From the NCBI GenBank assembly GCA_038828875.1, contig JAWBMQ010000002.1, positions 25,314-89,313 on the forward strand: 64,000 nt of DNA, given 5' to 3'. Positions within the stretch are counted from its first letter, which is position 1, and the number at the start of each line of letters is the position of its first letter. The translations under genes and the position numbers were made by a program. The notes beneath the pieces were generated by a model that did not search any database, had not been told where the DNA came from, and saw nothing but the letters and a program-made list of their open reading frames with translations. Below are positions 37,186 to 46,347 of the stretch, piece after piece. This DNA is from Candidatus Woesearchaeota archaeon. Its GTDB lineage: Archaea > Nanobdellota > Nanobdellia > Woesearchaeales > JAWBMQ01.

Positions 37186-37557
37186 TTATTTTTTCTTAAT
37201 AGTCTTTTTTAAAACATTTAATGGAAGCAAAGCACATTTAATTCTATTAATCCCTAAAGGAATTTTAATCATGTTTCTTATGAATGTTTCATCAAGTTTT
37301 TCAATTTCTTTTATTGATTTTCCAATTGCGTAATCTAATAACATATCAGCACTTGCGATGCAAATAGAACATCCTTTTCCTGAAAACTTTGCATCTTTTA
37401 TTTTTCCATTTTCTAAAACAACAAACATTTGAATATGATCTCCACAAATTGCATTTTCTTCTTCATCACTCAAACTGTTATCAATCTTTCCAAAATGAAC
37501 TGGTTTTTGACTTCTTTCTATGATTTCGTTAAGCATATTGATTATTATGAAGTTCAT
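37186..37557 (-). CDS. Fe-S cluster assembly scaffold, IscU/SufU/NifU-like N-terminal domain
   Basis: Three conserved Cys motifs: CGDHIQMF, GKGCSICIAS and RIKCALLP. Confidence 0.7.
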   Translation of the reverse strand: MNFIIINMLNEIIERSQKPVHFGKIDNSLSDEEENAICGDHIQMFVVLENGKIKDAKFSGKGCSICIASADMLLDYAIGKSIKEIEKLDETFIRNMIKIPLGINRIKCALLPLNVLKKTIKKK

Positions 37558-37641
37558 TTTTAAATATTTTTTGAATTTTCTGGTAGTTTAACTATCTTTA
37601 AATGAATATATTTATAAAATTCCTTTGGCATTTTTAAAAAA

Positions 37642-38574
37642 ATGAAAAATCCTTTTGATGTTAAATCCTTGGATGAATTGGTTTTAATGTTTAGAGATTA
37701 CAAAAATTATGATATTAGAACCTATGAAACAGAGAAATATAGTTATCAAATAAGTGATTATGATTACCTAATCATATCTAAGAAGGATTTCAAATCAAAG
37801 CATATTTACTTTGACTATTATTTTGTTCTTCTGGATCAACTTTATCAGAATTTTATGCTAGAAATAAATGATAATGAATTTTATCTTTCTTATAACAATC
37901 AAAAAATAAGACTTGCAAAACCTAATCAAGTTATCAATGGCTTGTTTTGTTTCTTAGACGATTCTGTTTTAGATATTTTTGTTGAAGACAATGAGTATAT
38001 GAATTCCTTGTACAAAAATTTAACAAATTTGATTTCGTCAGTTAAAAAAGTGAGTGTTTTTGATCAGATAGATAAAACCATTTTTTTAAAATCTTCAACA
38101 AAGAAGAATTTGATAAACGTATTAGATGAACTTTTTGTGCTTAGACAAGTAACTAAAAAAGTATCAATTTTATTGACTTATGATGTTGTTGATGAAAAAT
38201 TTTTAAGCATAAAATATGCAATTGATAATAAAGACAATGATAAATTTTATGTGCCTTTGGATTTTTACATAAAAGAAGGTAAAGGAATTTGTAAGCAATT
38301 TTCTTTACTTTATGGTTATTTTTTAGAAAAATTGATTCAAGAGAAATATCTTCCAGGATCTTTTGCAATAGATTTAAATTATCGTGATTTCAACGATTTG
38401 CCTAGTGGAGGCCATATGTGGGTAAGATATACTTCAGAAGCAGGAAATGTTTTTATTTTAGATAATAACCATATTATTGAATTGTTTTCTTCAAAAGAAA
38501 ATAAAAGTAATGCATATTATAAAAGACCTTACGAATTTGAGGAATATGTTAAGAAAAAAATAAAGAATGTTTAA
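37642..38574 (+). CDS. Transglutaminase-like / papain-fold cysteine protease superfamily protein, paralog 1
   Basis: Candidate Cys-His-Asp triad: GKGICKQFSLLYGYFLE, ~50 aa later GGHMWVRY, ~15 aa later FILDN. No signal peptide. Confidence 0.55.
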   Translation: MKNPFDVKSLDELVLMFRDYKNYDIRTYETEKYSYQISDYDYLIISKKDFKSKHIYFDYYFVLLDQLYQNFMLEINDNEFYLSYNNQKIRLAKPNQVINGLFCFLDDSVLDIFVEDNEYMNSLYKNLTNLISSVKKVSVFDQIDKTIFLKSSTKKNLINVLDELFVLRQVTKKVSILLTYDVVDEKFLSIKYAIDNKDNDKFYVPLDFYIKEGKGICKQFSLLYGYFLEKLIQEKYLPGSFAIDLNYRDFNDLPSGGHMWVRYTSEAGNVFILDNNHIIELFSSKENKSNAYYKRPYEFEEYVKKKIKNV

Positions 38575-38622
38575 CCACTACAAGATAGTAAAATTTATAA
38601 GGAAATTTATTTTTCTTTTTTT

Positions 38623-39585
38623 ATGGATAAATTGTTCAAAGCTAAAAGTTATGAAGAGTTGGAAGATTTAATTTATGAATATCTTGATCACGATCATAGA
38701 TGCTATCAGGATTTTAAAAGATATTATGAGATAAGCGATTATGATTACCATATTACGTTTTTAAATGATTCTAAAAGGTTTGTTGAGGTTTCTTTTTCAT
38801 ATTTTTACAATTTGTTTGATCATCTTTTGATAAATCAATTGATAAAAGTAAAAGATAATGAATTTATTCTTCAAGATTGTGATCTTAAGTTGGTTAAAGA
38901 GGATTCAGTTATCAATAGGTTGTTTTATCTATATCAGATTCAAGAACCTGCACACATTTATATTGAGGACAACGATTACATGAATAAAATCTATAATTCT
39001 TTGAAAGAAAGAATTTCTAAATCAAAAGAAAAATCAGTACTTCAAGAGATTGACAAAACAATTCATCTTAAAGAGCAAACGAAGAACAATTTAGAAGATC
39101 TTTTAATTCATGAACTGAATATTCTCAATAATGTTAGATTAACAGTATTGGAACATTTAAGATATGATTATTTTAAAGAAAATCAAATTGCAAAAATCAA
39201 ATCAAAAAATAGAAAAATTATTGTTGAAAAACCTTATGTGTTGTTAGATGAATTTATAAGAGAAAGAATTGGAGTTTGTAAGCAATTTTCTTTGTTCTAT
39301 GGTTACTTAATTGAAAAATTAATACAAGATAATATTCTTTTTGGAAACTATTGTTTGGATTCTAACTTAGTTTATTCCTCAGAAAAACCACCTTCAAGTC
39401 ATATTTGGGTAAGATATAAAACCATAACAGGTTCAACATTCATACTTGATCAAGAATATATTTTGGAATTAAATTCAAAAGTCGAAAACAAGATGACTAT
39501 TTTTTATAAAAGACCTAAGGAGTTCGAAAGACACATTGTTGGCTTGTTAAATGCAAAATTAATGGTAATAAACAAAAAAGCTTAA
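38623..39585 (+). CDS. Transglutaminase-like cysteine protease superfamily protein, paralog 2
   Basis: GVCKQFSLFYGYLIE ... SHIWVRY ... FILDQ. Shares the N-terminal ISDYDYHI motif with paralogs 1 and 3. Confidence 0.55.
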   Translation: MDKLFKAKSYEELEDLIYEYLDHDHRCYQDFKRYYEISDYDYHITFLNDSKRFVEVSFSYFYNLFDHLLINQLIKVKDNEFILQDCDLKLVKEDSVINRLFYLYQIQEPAHIYIEDNDYMNKIYNSLKERISKSKEKSVLQEIDKTIHLKEQTKNNLEDLLIHELNILNNVRLTVLEHLRYDYFKENQIAKIKSKNRKIIVEKPYVLLDEFIRERIGVCKQFSLFYGYLIEKLIQDNILFGNYCLDSNLVYSSEKPPSSHIWVRYKTITGSTFILDQEYILELNSKVENKMTIFYKRPKEFERHIVGLLNAKLMVINKKA

Positions 39586-39599
39586 TAAAATTAACTACC

Positions 39600-40592
39600 A
39601 TGGAAAAAATTTTCAAAGCTAAAACTTTAGAGGATTTAGATCGTTTTATTTTTAGAAATGAGTCTCATGATCATAGAGTATATGAGGATTATGATTTTTA
39701 TTATTACATAAGTGATTATGATTATCATATTTGCCCAAAATGGGATTCTAGAAAAACAATAACAATTTCTAGAGATTATTATTACCAACTTTTCAAAGAT
39801 CTTCGAAATCAATCTAAGTTAGAGATAAAGGATAATGAATTCTTCTCAAAAGATCATGATATTCCTATTGTAAAGCCCAATAAAATCAAAGATAGAGTAT
39901 TTATTTTTTATAAAGAACCATTAGACATTATAGTTCAAAACAATGACTATATGCAAAATATCTATGAAAGATTAAAGAAAAAGATCTTTTCTACAAAGAA
40001 AGGTGAAGTTCTAAGCAGTATAAATAATGAAATTTTTTTAACAAAAAAAACTTATGAAAAGTTAGATGATATTACTTTAAATGAGCTTCATTTTTTGAAA
40101 AATTTGAGAGATGTAGTTAATGAAATTTTAGTTTATGATGTGAAAGAAGAAAACAAACTTCTTACAGAATTTATAATAAAAGAGATTCAGGAAATAAAAG
40201 TCTTTGATGATCTTTTTGCCTTTTTATATAATCCAACAAAAAATAGGATATCCATAAAATTAGAGGAATACTTAAAACGAGGAAAAGGAGTTTGTAAGCA
40301 ATTTGCATTGCTCTATGGTTATTTATTAGAATCATTAAGTGATGATTTTCTTTTAGCTGGAAATTTCTCTTTAGATCTGTATCTAATTAATGATTATAGA
40401 GATAGTTTGAATTTAGGTCATATTTGGGTAAGGTATGAATCTTTAGAAAATAAAGTATTTATTCTTGATCAAAGATATATTTTGGAGTTGTTTTCTAATA
40501 CAGAAAGACAAATAGGTCAGCATTATAATACGCCTAATGAATTTGAAGAATATATCAAGAGAAGAATAAAGAATAAATATTATTCAGTATAA
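39600..40592 (+). CDS. Transglutaminase-like cysteine protease superfamily protein, paralog 3
   Basis: GKGVCKQFALLYGYLLE ... GHIWVRY ... FILDQ. Confidence 0.55.
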   Translation: MEKIFKAKTLEDLDRFIFRNESHDHRVYEDYDFYYYISDYDYHICPKWDSRKTITISRDYYYQLFKDLRNQSKLEIKDNEFFSKDHDIPIVKPNKIKDRVFIFYKEPLDIIVQNNDYMQNIYERLKKKIFSTKKGEVLSSINNEIFLTKKTYEKLDDITLNELHFLKNLRDVVNEILVYDVKEENKLLTEFIIKEIQEIKVFDDLFAFLYNPTKNRISIKLEEYLKRGKGVCKQFALLYGYLLESLSDDFLLAGNFSLDLYLINDYRDSLNLGHIWVRYESLENKVFILDQRYILELFSNTERQIGQHYNTPNEFEEYIKRRIKNKYYSV

Positions 40593-41422
40593 AATTCTTC
40601 TTCTATTCTAGAAACTTCACCATTTTTATTATGATAAACTTTAACGAATCCAAAACCAACATAAGGAACAATCTTTTTTCCTTTCATAAATAAAGTTTGA
40701 TTGCATAATGTTCCAGATTCAAAAGCGTGAATGTTTCTTCTGAAGATATACAGATACTTATGATAATGTCCTGAATGTAAAATATTAGGTTTATTTTCAC
40801 CTTCAAGAGCGTCAATTAATTTTTCAATTTGATAGCTCATTCCAAATGCACTCTTATCGTTAGCATGGAAAAGTTTAATCTTAATTCCATCAATAGTAAT
40901 ACTTCCATCCATTTGTCCAAGATGAACATAATTATCTAAAACTTCTTCAAGCTTTTTTCCTACTATGATGCCAATGTTAAACTTGCTATGGTACCACATA
41001 TCATGATTTCCATCAATGCCATAAATAGTTACAGGAATTTTACTTAACAATTCAACAGCGTAATTGAATTGTTCATCAAATCCTATCTTTTCTAATTCAT
41101 AAATGTGTCCATCTCTTCCAGACATACCTTCCAAAGTATCACCGACATTTATTACAAAATCTGGTTTCTTTTGTTTAATCATTTTCACCATATAGTCAAA
41201 CATTTTTTTGTTGAATTGTTTATGTCCTATGTGAGGATCTGCAAAATAACAATAATAAAAGCTTTTGTTTCCTAAATCAATTTTCAAAGGTTCTTCTTCC
41301 TTTTGTTTAGCGTTTAAAATTATTTGTTCTAATTTATCTAAAGAAACATTATTTTCCTTCATCAATTTGATAATTTTTTCTAAATTACCATTATACATTT
41401 TAATGATTTCATCATCATTCAT
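40580..41422 (-). CDS. Calcineurin-like metallophosphoesterase, paralog A
   Basis: Motifs D-x-H (FADPHIG), GD (NVGDTLEG), GNHD and GHYH. Confidence 0.75.
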   Translation of the reverse strand: MNDDEIIKMYNGNLEKIIKLMKENNVSLDKLEQIILNAKQKEEEPLKIDLGNKSFYYCYFADPHIGHKQFNKKMFDYMVKMIKQKKPDFVINVGDTLEGMSGRDGHIYELEKIGFDEQFNYAVELLSKIPVTIYGIDGNHDMWYHSKFNIGIIVGKKLEEVLDNYVHLGQMDGSITIDGIKIKLFHANDKSAFGMSYQIEKLIDALEGENKPNILHSGHYHKYLYIFRRNIHAFESGTLCNQTLFMKGKKIVPYVGFGFVKVYHNKNGEVSRIEEEFYTE

Positions 41423-41430
41423 CTTTTCAC

Positions 41431-42339
41431 CTAATCTCTATAACTTGGAACAAAAACATGATTTAATCTTTTTATTTCATTATTTTCATAATTAACTTTT
41501 ACAATACCAAAGCCCATTGCTGCTGGAATTTTTTTATTTTTCATGTACAACGTTTGTCCACATAAGGTTCCTGACATAATTGCTACAATATCTCTTAATT
41601 CTGTTTTAAATGCTTGATGATAATGTCCTACGTGCAAAATGTTCGGTTTTTCACCGCCTCTAATACTTGCAATAAGTTTCTGAATTTTATAACTTGTAGT
41701 ATATGCTGGAGTATCAGTAGGATGAAATAACATGATTTTTATAGAATTTACTAAGATGTGTCCTTCTAATTGTCCAAGATAATTATAATTAGGTAATTCC
41801 TTTTCTAATTCATAACCTACTATAATTTGATTATTTTTCTTTTTGTAGAATTCTTTATCATGTTCTCCATCTATTGCATAAATTGGAATCTCAATTAAGC
41901 TTAGAAGATTTTTAGCATAATTCAACTGTTCTTGTAAGCCAAATTTATCCAATTCAAATGTGTTTCCTTCTATGCCTTTCATTCCTTGAACAAGATCTCC
42001 AACAAAAACCACAAAATCAGGTCTGTACTTCTTTATAGCTTTTAGCATTTTAAGATAAAGCTTTTCACTGAATTCAATATTACCCATATGAGTGTCAGAA
42101 AAGTACAAATATTGAAACTTTTTTTCAGGAATATCTATTTTAGCTGCTTCTTTAACAATATTTTTAGAACCAAGAATCATTGCTTCTAAATCTTCTAAGT
42201 TTAGTTTATATTTATTCATGAACTCAATTACTTTCTTTTTATCTTCATCACTTATCTTTATATTCTTGACTTCAAAACTTTTAAGAATATCTTCTAAATT
42301 CCCCCCCTCGTTCATTTTACTTTTATTAGTTTTTAACAT
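41431..42339 (-). CDS. Calcineurin-like metallophosphoesterase, paralog B
   Basis: Motifs FSDTHMG, VGDLVQG, GEHD and GHYH. A G7 tract lies at codons 4-6. Confidence 0.75.
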   Translation of the reverse strand: MLKTNKSKMNEGGNLEDILKSFEVKNIKISDEDKKKVIEFMNKYKLNLEDLEAMILGSKNIVKEAAKIDIPEKKFQYLYFSDTHMGNIEFSEKLYLKMLKAIKKYRPDFVVFVGDLVQGMKGIEGNTFELDKFGLQEQLNYAKNLLSLIEIPIYAIDGEHDKEFYKKKNNQIIVGYELEKELPNYNYLGQLEGHILVNSIKIMLFHPTDTPAYTTSYKIQKLIASIRGGEKPNILHVGHYHQAFKTELRDIVAIMSGTLCGQTLYMKNKKIPAAMGFGIVKVNYENNEIKRLNHVFVPSYRD

Positions 42340-42452
42340 TTATTAATTTTGTTGAAATTAAATATATAGATTAATTGAGTACTTTAGTTGTGCTTTATTT
42401 TTGAATACTATTTTTCAAGAATTAATTTTTTTGTTTTTGTTTTGTTACTAAC

Positions 42453-43625
42453 TTATATCTTTTTTAAAACATCAACAAACATATCAATTTCTTCAAAAGT
42501 GTTATAGAAATAAAGTGATGCTCTCACGCTTCCTTGATTGAAGTTTAAAGCATTATGTAAAGGCATTGCACAGTGAAAACCTGATCTAGTTGCTATGTTT
42601 TTTTCATTAAGCAAAGCACTCACATCATGACAATGCAATTTTTTATGTCTAAATGCAAATAAAGCTTGATCTGGCTCAGAAATCAGTTCTATATTATTAA
42701 GTTTTGTTAACCTTTCATAAAGATAATCTCTTAGCTTTTTTTCATACTTTTCAATGTTTTTCATGCCTAATTTGTTTAGATAATCAATTGCTGCTTTTAA
42801 GCTATAAGCTTCAACAAAAGGTTGAGTTCCTGCTTCAAATTTTTGAGGAATTTCAGCAGTTGAAAAATCTTCTTTAGTTACTTTGCTTATCATTTCTCCT
42901 CCACCAAGAAATGGTGGAATTTCTTTTGCTAAATCTTTATCTATTTTTAATACTCCTATTCCTGTACTAGCTAGCATTTTATGTCCTGAAAATGCAAAAG
43001 CGTGTGCTTTCAAATTAAATTCATGATGTGGAATGTATTGAGCTAAATCTAGAATAAGAAATCTTGCTCTTTTAGCTATTTTCAAAGTTTCTTTGTTTAT
43101 GTTTTTTCCAGTTACGTTTGAAGATGCTGTGATACTTAAAATGTCTGTGTTTTTAACTTTTTTTTCTAAATCTTCAACATCAATGTACTTTGTATTTTTA
43201 TCAATTTTAACAAAATCAAGCATTATCTTTTTCTTTTTTGCAAGGATTTGCCAAGGAACTATGTTGGAATGATGTTCTAATTCACTTATAGTTACATTAA
43301 TCTCTTTTTCTTTTTCTAATAAATAATCTGTTAAAGAATTAGCAATCAAGTTTATTCCCTCTGTTGTGTTCTTAACAAAAACAATCTCTTCGGGTTTAGC
43401 ATTTACGAATTCAGCAACTTTTCTTCTAGAATCTTCAAACAATTCTGTAGCTTCTTCACTCAACCTGTACAATCCTCGATGAGTGTTTGCATAGTGTTTA
43501 AGAAAGAAATCATTCATTGCTTGAATTACTTGTTTTGGTTTCAAAGTACTAGCTGCATTATCAAAATATATCTGTTCAAAATGAAAATCATTCCTTATTT
43601 TTTCCAAGTTTTTTTCAATATCCAT
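42453..43625 (-). CDS. sufS: Cysteine desulfurase (class V aminotransferase, SufS/NifS-like)
   Basis: PLP-Lys motif SGHKM and C-terminal RSGFHCAMP catalytic Cys loop. Confidence 0.8.
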   Translation of the reverse strand: MDIEKNLEKIRNDFHFEQIYFDNAASTLKPKQVIQAMNDFFLKHYANTHRGLYRLSEEATELFEDSRRKVAEFVNAKPEEIVFVKNTTEGINLIANSLTDYLLEKEKEINVTISELEHHSNIVPWQILAKKKKIMLDFVKIDKNTKYIDVEDLEKKVKNTDILSITASSNVTGKNINKETLKIAKRARFLILDLAQYIPHHEFNLKAHAFAFSGHKMLASTGIGVLKIDKDLAKEIPPFLGGGEMISKVTKEDFSTAEIPQKFEAGTQPFVEAYSLKAAIDYLNKLGMKNIEKYEKKLRDYLYERLTKLNNIELISEPDQALFAFRHKKLHCHDVSALLNEKNIATRSGFHCAMPLHNALNFNQGSVRASLYFYNTFEEIDMFVDVLKKI

Positions 43626-44097
43626 TTTTTTCTAAAATTTCATCAACTATTTTTTTTTCATCTTCTGTAATGTTAAGATGATTATATATTATTACTCTTT
43701 CAGGATTTTTAACATTTTTGCTTTTCAAATAAAATAAGAACTCTTTGTTCAATGGTTGAATTCGTGCAGAATGTTTGGCTTTTTTTATTCCATTTATTAG
43801 TAATGCTGGCATTATAGTAGTTGATTCTTTCAACTTTATCACATCAATTTCAATATTAACTTCATCCTTTCCATAAACAAAAATCTCTAAATTGCTTAAC
43901 GAAACTGCATTTATATTTATTGTTGAATTTGTAACTTTGTTTATCATAATTCTATTCTTTTCATTTGCAAGAATGAATATTTTACAATTGTTTAATATTT
44001 CTAAATCTATTTGATTCTTTCCATAGATGAATATTTCAGCTTCTTTTTCAATCCTTAAATTTCCCTCAAATTTAGTTATTAATATTTTGTCTTTCAT
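43615..44097 (-). CDS. Short (160 aa) SufD-like beta-helix fragment, or divergent Suf accessory protein
   Basis: Repetitive beta-helix-like segments with AKHSARIQP, similar to the SufB/D C-terminal motif. Too short for a canonical SufD. Confidence 0.35.
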   Translation of the reverse strand: MKDKILITKFEGNLRIEKEAEIFIYGKNQIDLEILNNCKIFILANEKNRIMINKVTNSTININAVSLSNLEIFVYGKDEVNIEIDVIKLKESTTIMPALLINGIKKAKHSARIQPLNKEFLFYLKSKNVKNPERVIIYNHLNITEDEKKIVDEILEKNGY

Positions 44098-45419
44098 TTT
44101 TCCATCGCTAATTCGATTAGTTTATTTAGTTCTATGGCATATTCTAAAGGCAACTCCTTAGCTACAGGACTTAAAAATCCTAAAACAAGTAAAGTTTTTG
44201 CTCTGCTTTCAGGAATTCCTTTGCTTTTTAAATAGTAAAGTAAAGTTTCATCAATGTAACTTGCTTTAGCTTCATGCTTAAGCAAAACATCTCCATTGTT
44301 TATATTAGTAGGAAATGTATTACTTTCTGCTTTTTCAGAAAGTATTAAACTATCACAATCAATGTTTATCATTCCTGAAGAATTTTCAGTAGTTTTAGCT
44401 AAGCTTCTAAAATTAGCTATAGCATTATCTTTAACTAGGGATTTGTTTATAACGTTAGCTCGACAATTTTTTCCTTGAAACAATACTTTTGCTCCTGCAT
44501 CTATTATTTGATTTTCAGTTGCTAAACTTAAGCTTAAAATTTCAGCTTTGGCATTATCTTTAAGTATAGCCATAGGATATTTCATTGTTAACTTGCTTCC
44601 TAGGTTTCCATCAATCCATTCAATGATTCCATTTTCTTCAACTAATGCTCTTTTAGTTGAAAAATTATAAACGTTCTTACTCCAATTTTGTATTGTAGTG
44701 AAACGCATCTTTCCATTTTTCTTAACGAAGATCTCTACAACTCCTGCATGAACATTAGCTTTCTTATAGATTGGAGCTGTACAACCTTCTATGTAATGTA
44801 ATTCAGCATCTTCATCTACAATAATTAAAGTTCTTTCAAATTGTCCTGTTCTTTCAAAATTTATTAAGTAGAATGTTTGTAACGGCATTTCTAGCTTAAT
44901 TCCTTTTGGAACGTAAATGAAAGTACCTCCTGTCCAAGCTGCTGCATTGAGTGCTGCAGCTTTATTATCTGAAAAGCCAATTAATTTTCCAAAGTATTCT
45001 TTTACTAAGTTTTCATGATTTTTTACAGCTTCTTCCATTGATTCAAAGATTATTCCTCTTTTCTTAATTTCTTCTTTTAGTTTCTTATAAATAACTTCTG
45101 CTTCTAGCTGAGTTGCTGAACCACTTAAATAGTTAATTTCTGCTTCAGGAATGCCTAGCTTTTTGTAAGTTTCTTTTATTTCTTTTGGTAGTTCTTCTAG
45201 ATCGTTTATTTTTTTATTTAAGGCTTTTACATCAATGAGTATGTCTTCATAATCTATTTTCTCTACAGGACTCCAGGAAGGCATATCTAATTTGAAGAAA
45301 AATTCTAAACCTTTCAATCTGAAATCAAGTAACCATTTTGGTTCTTGCCTTTCTTTACTTAATTCAACAATATTCTCTTTAGTTATTCCAATTTTTGAAG
45401 CCATTTTTCTCAATTTCAT
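44094..45419 (-). CDS. sufB: Fe-S cluster assembly protein SufB (SufB/SufD family)
   Basis: Conserved SufB C-terminal beta-helix region. Adjacent to sufC. Confidence 0.8.
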   Translation of the reverse strand: MKLRKMASKIGITKENIVELSKERQEPKWLLDFRLKGLEFFFKLDMPSWSPVEKIDYEDILIDVKALNKKINDLEELPKEIKETYKKLGIPEAEINYLSGSATQLEAEVIYKKLKEEIKKRGIIFESMEEAVKNHENLVKEYFGKLIGFSDNKAAALNAAAWTGGTFIYVPKGIKLEMPLQTFYLINFERTGQFERTLIIVDEDAELHYIEGCTAPIYKKANVHAGVVEIFVKKNGKMRFTTIQNWSKNVYNFSTKRALVEENGIIEWIDGNLGSKLTMKYPMAILKDNAKAEILSLSLATENQIIDAGAKVLFQGKNCRANVINKSLVKDNAIANFRSLAKTTENSSGMINIDCDSLILSEKAESNTFPTNINNGDVLLKHEAKASYIDETLLYYLKSKGIPESRAKTLLVLGFLSPVAKELPLEYAIELNKLIELAMEK

Positions 45420-46086
45420 CTAAAAGCTCTTTGTTTCCGGATTTTATAATTGTTTTCAACAAAATATGCACTTTGTCTATATTCAGTTCTTTTAATAATC
45501 TTGAATTATGGGAAATCAAAATTATTCCAACATCTTGCTTAATTTTATTTAAAATTTTTGAAAATATTTTCAAGTTGTCAATATCTACGCCAGAATCAAT
45601 TTCATCAAGGATTAAGAATTTAGGTTTTTGCAATAAGCAAAGCATAAGTTCAATTCTTTTCTTTTCTCCTCCACTGAAACCTGTGCTTCTGCTAAGATAG
45701 CTTTCAGGAATGTTAAGTTTTTCTAACAATTCTTTAAGTTTCTTTTGAAATTCTACGGCATTGTAATTGTTCTGTGCTATGTACCATGCTAATTGCCTTA
45801 ATTGTAGATTTTCAAACTCAGGTACATGTTGAAAAGCTATTGATATTTCTTTAGCTATATTTTCTGTTTTTTCATTAGTTATGTCTTTATCATTTAACAA
45901 AATTTTTCCTTCTTTTTGGTAATTAGGATGGTTCATTATTGCATTTATTAAAGAAGTTTTTCCTACTCCATTAGGACCAACAATTACATGAATTTCATTC
46001 TGTTTTATCTCTAAAGAAACATTTTCTATCAATTTTTTTCCATCAGCTAACTTTACACTCAGATTTTTTAACTTTAGTGTGTTCAT
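45379..46086 (-). CDS. sufC: Fe-S cluster assembly ATPase SufC (ABC ATPase)
   Basis: Walker A GPNGVGKTS, ABC signature LSGGEKKR, Walker B FLILDEIDSG, H-loop. Confidence 0.85.
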   Translation of the reverse strand: MNTLKLKNLSVKLADGKKLIENVSLEIKQNEIHVIVGPNGVGKTSLINAIMNHPNYQKEGKILLNDKDITNEKTENIAKEISIAFQHVPEFENLQLRQLAWYIAQNNYNAVEFQKKLKELLEKLNIPESYLSRSTGFSGGEKKRIELMLCLLQKPKFLILDEIDSGVDIDNLKIFSKILNKIKQDVGIILISHNSRLLKELNIDKVHILLKTIIKSGNKELLDEIEKNGFKNWNN

Positions 46087-46200
46087 AGTATATGAGAATT
46101 AATCTTTAATTTTATAAAGTTAATGAATTTTTTGGTAATATAGTAATATTTATAAATTGACCACCTTTTCACTTTGTATTACTTTTATCATGGTGATTAT

Positions 46201-46314
46201 ATGAAAAGATCCAGTAGACGTTGGAAAAAGAAAAATCAAATGCGTTGGAAGTGGCAAAGAAAAAAGATTAAAAGAGTTAAGAGAAAGAAGAAGATGCAAA
46301 GAGGATTAATATAA
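46201..46314 (+). CDS. rpl41e: Candidate ribosomal protein L41e (37-aa highly basic peptide); missed by the ORF track because of its size
   Basis: MKRSSRRWKKKNQMRWKWQRKKIKRVKRKKKMQRGLI resembles eukaryotic/archaeal L41e (M.AKWRKKRMRRLKRKRRKMR). Confidence 0.5.
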   Translation: MKRSSRRWKKKNQMRWKWQRKKIKRVKRKKKMQRGLI

Positions 46315-46347
46315 AAACTTATAAATCTTTTAATTTTTCTTTTCTTT

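Noticed and set aside
43615-46086. Possibility that sufB/sufC/sufS are an ABC transporter plus an aminotransferase unrelated to Fe-S assembly.
   Set aside because: SufC-specific ABC features, the SufB C-terminal beta-helix, the SufS Cys-loop (RSGFHCAMP) and a nearby IscU-like scaffold together support the Suf assignment.
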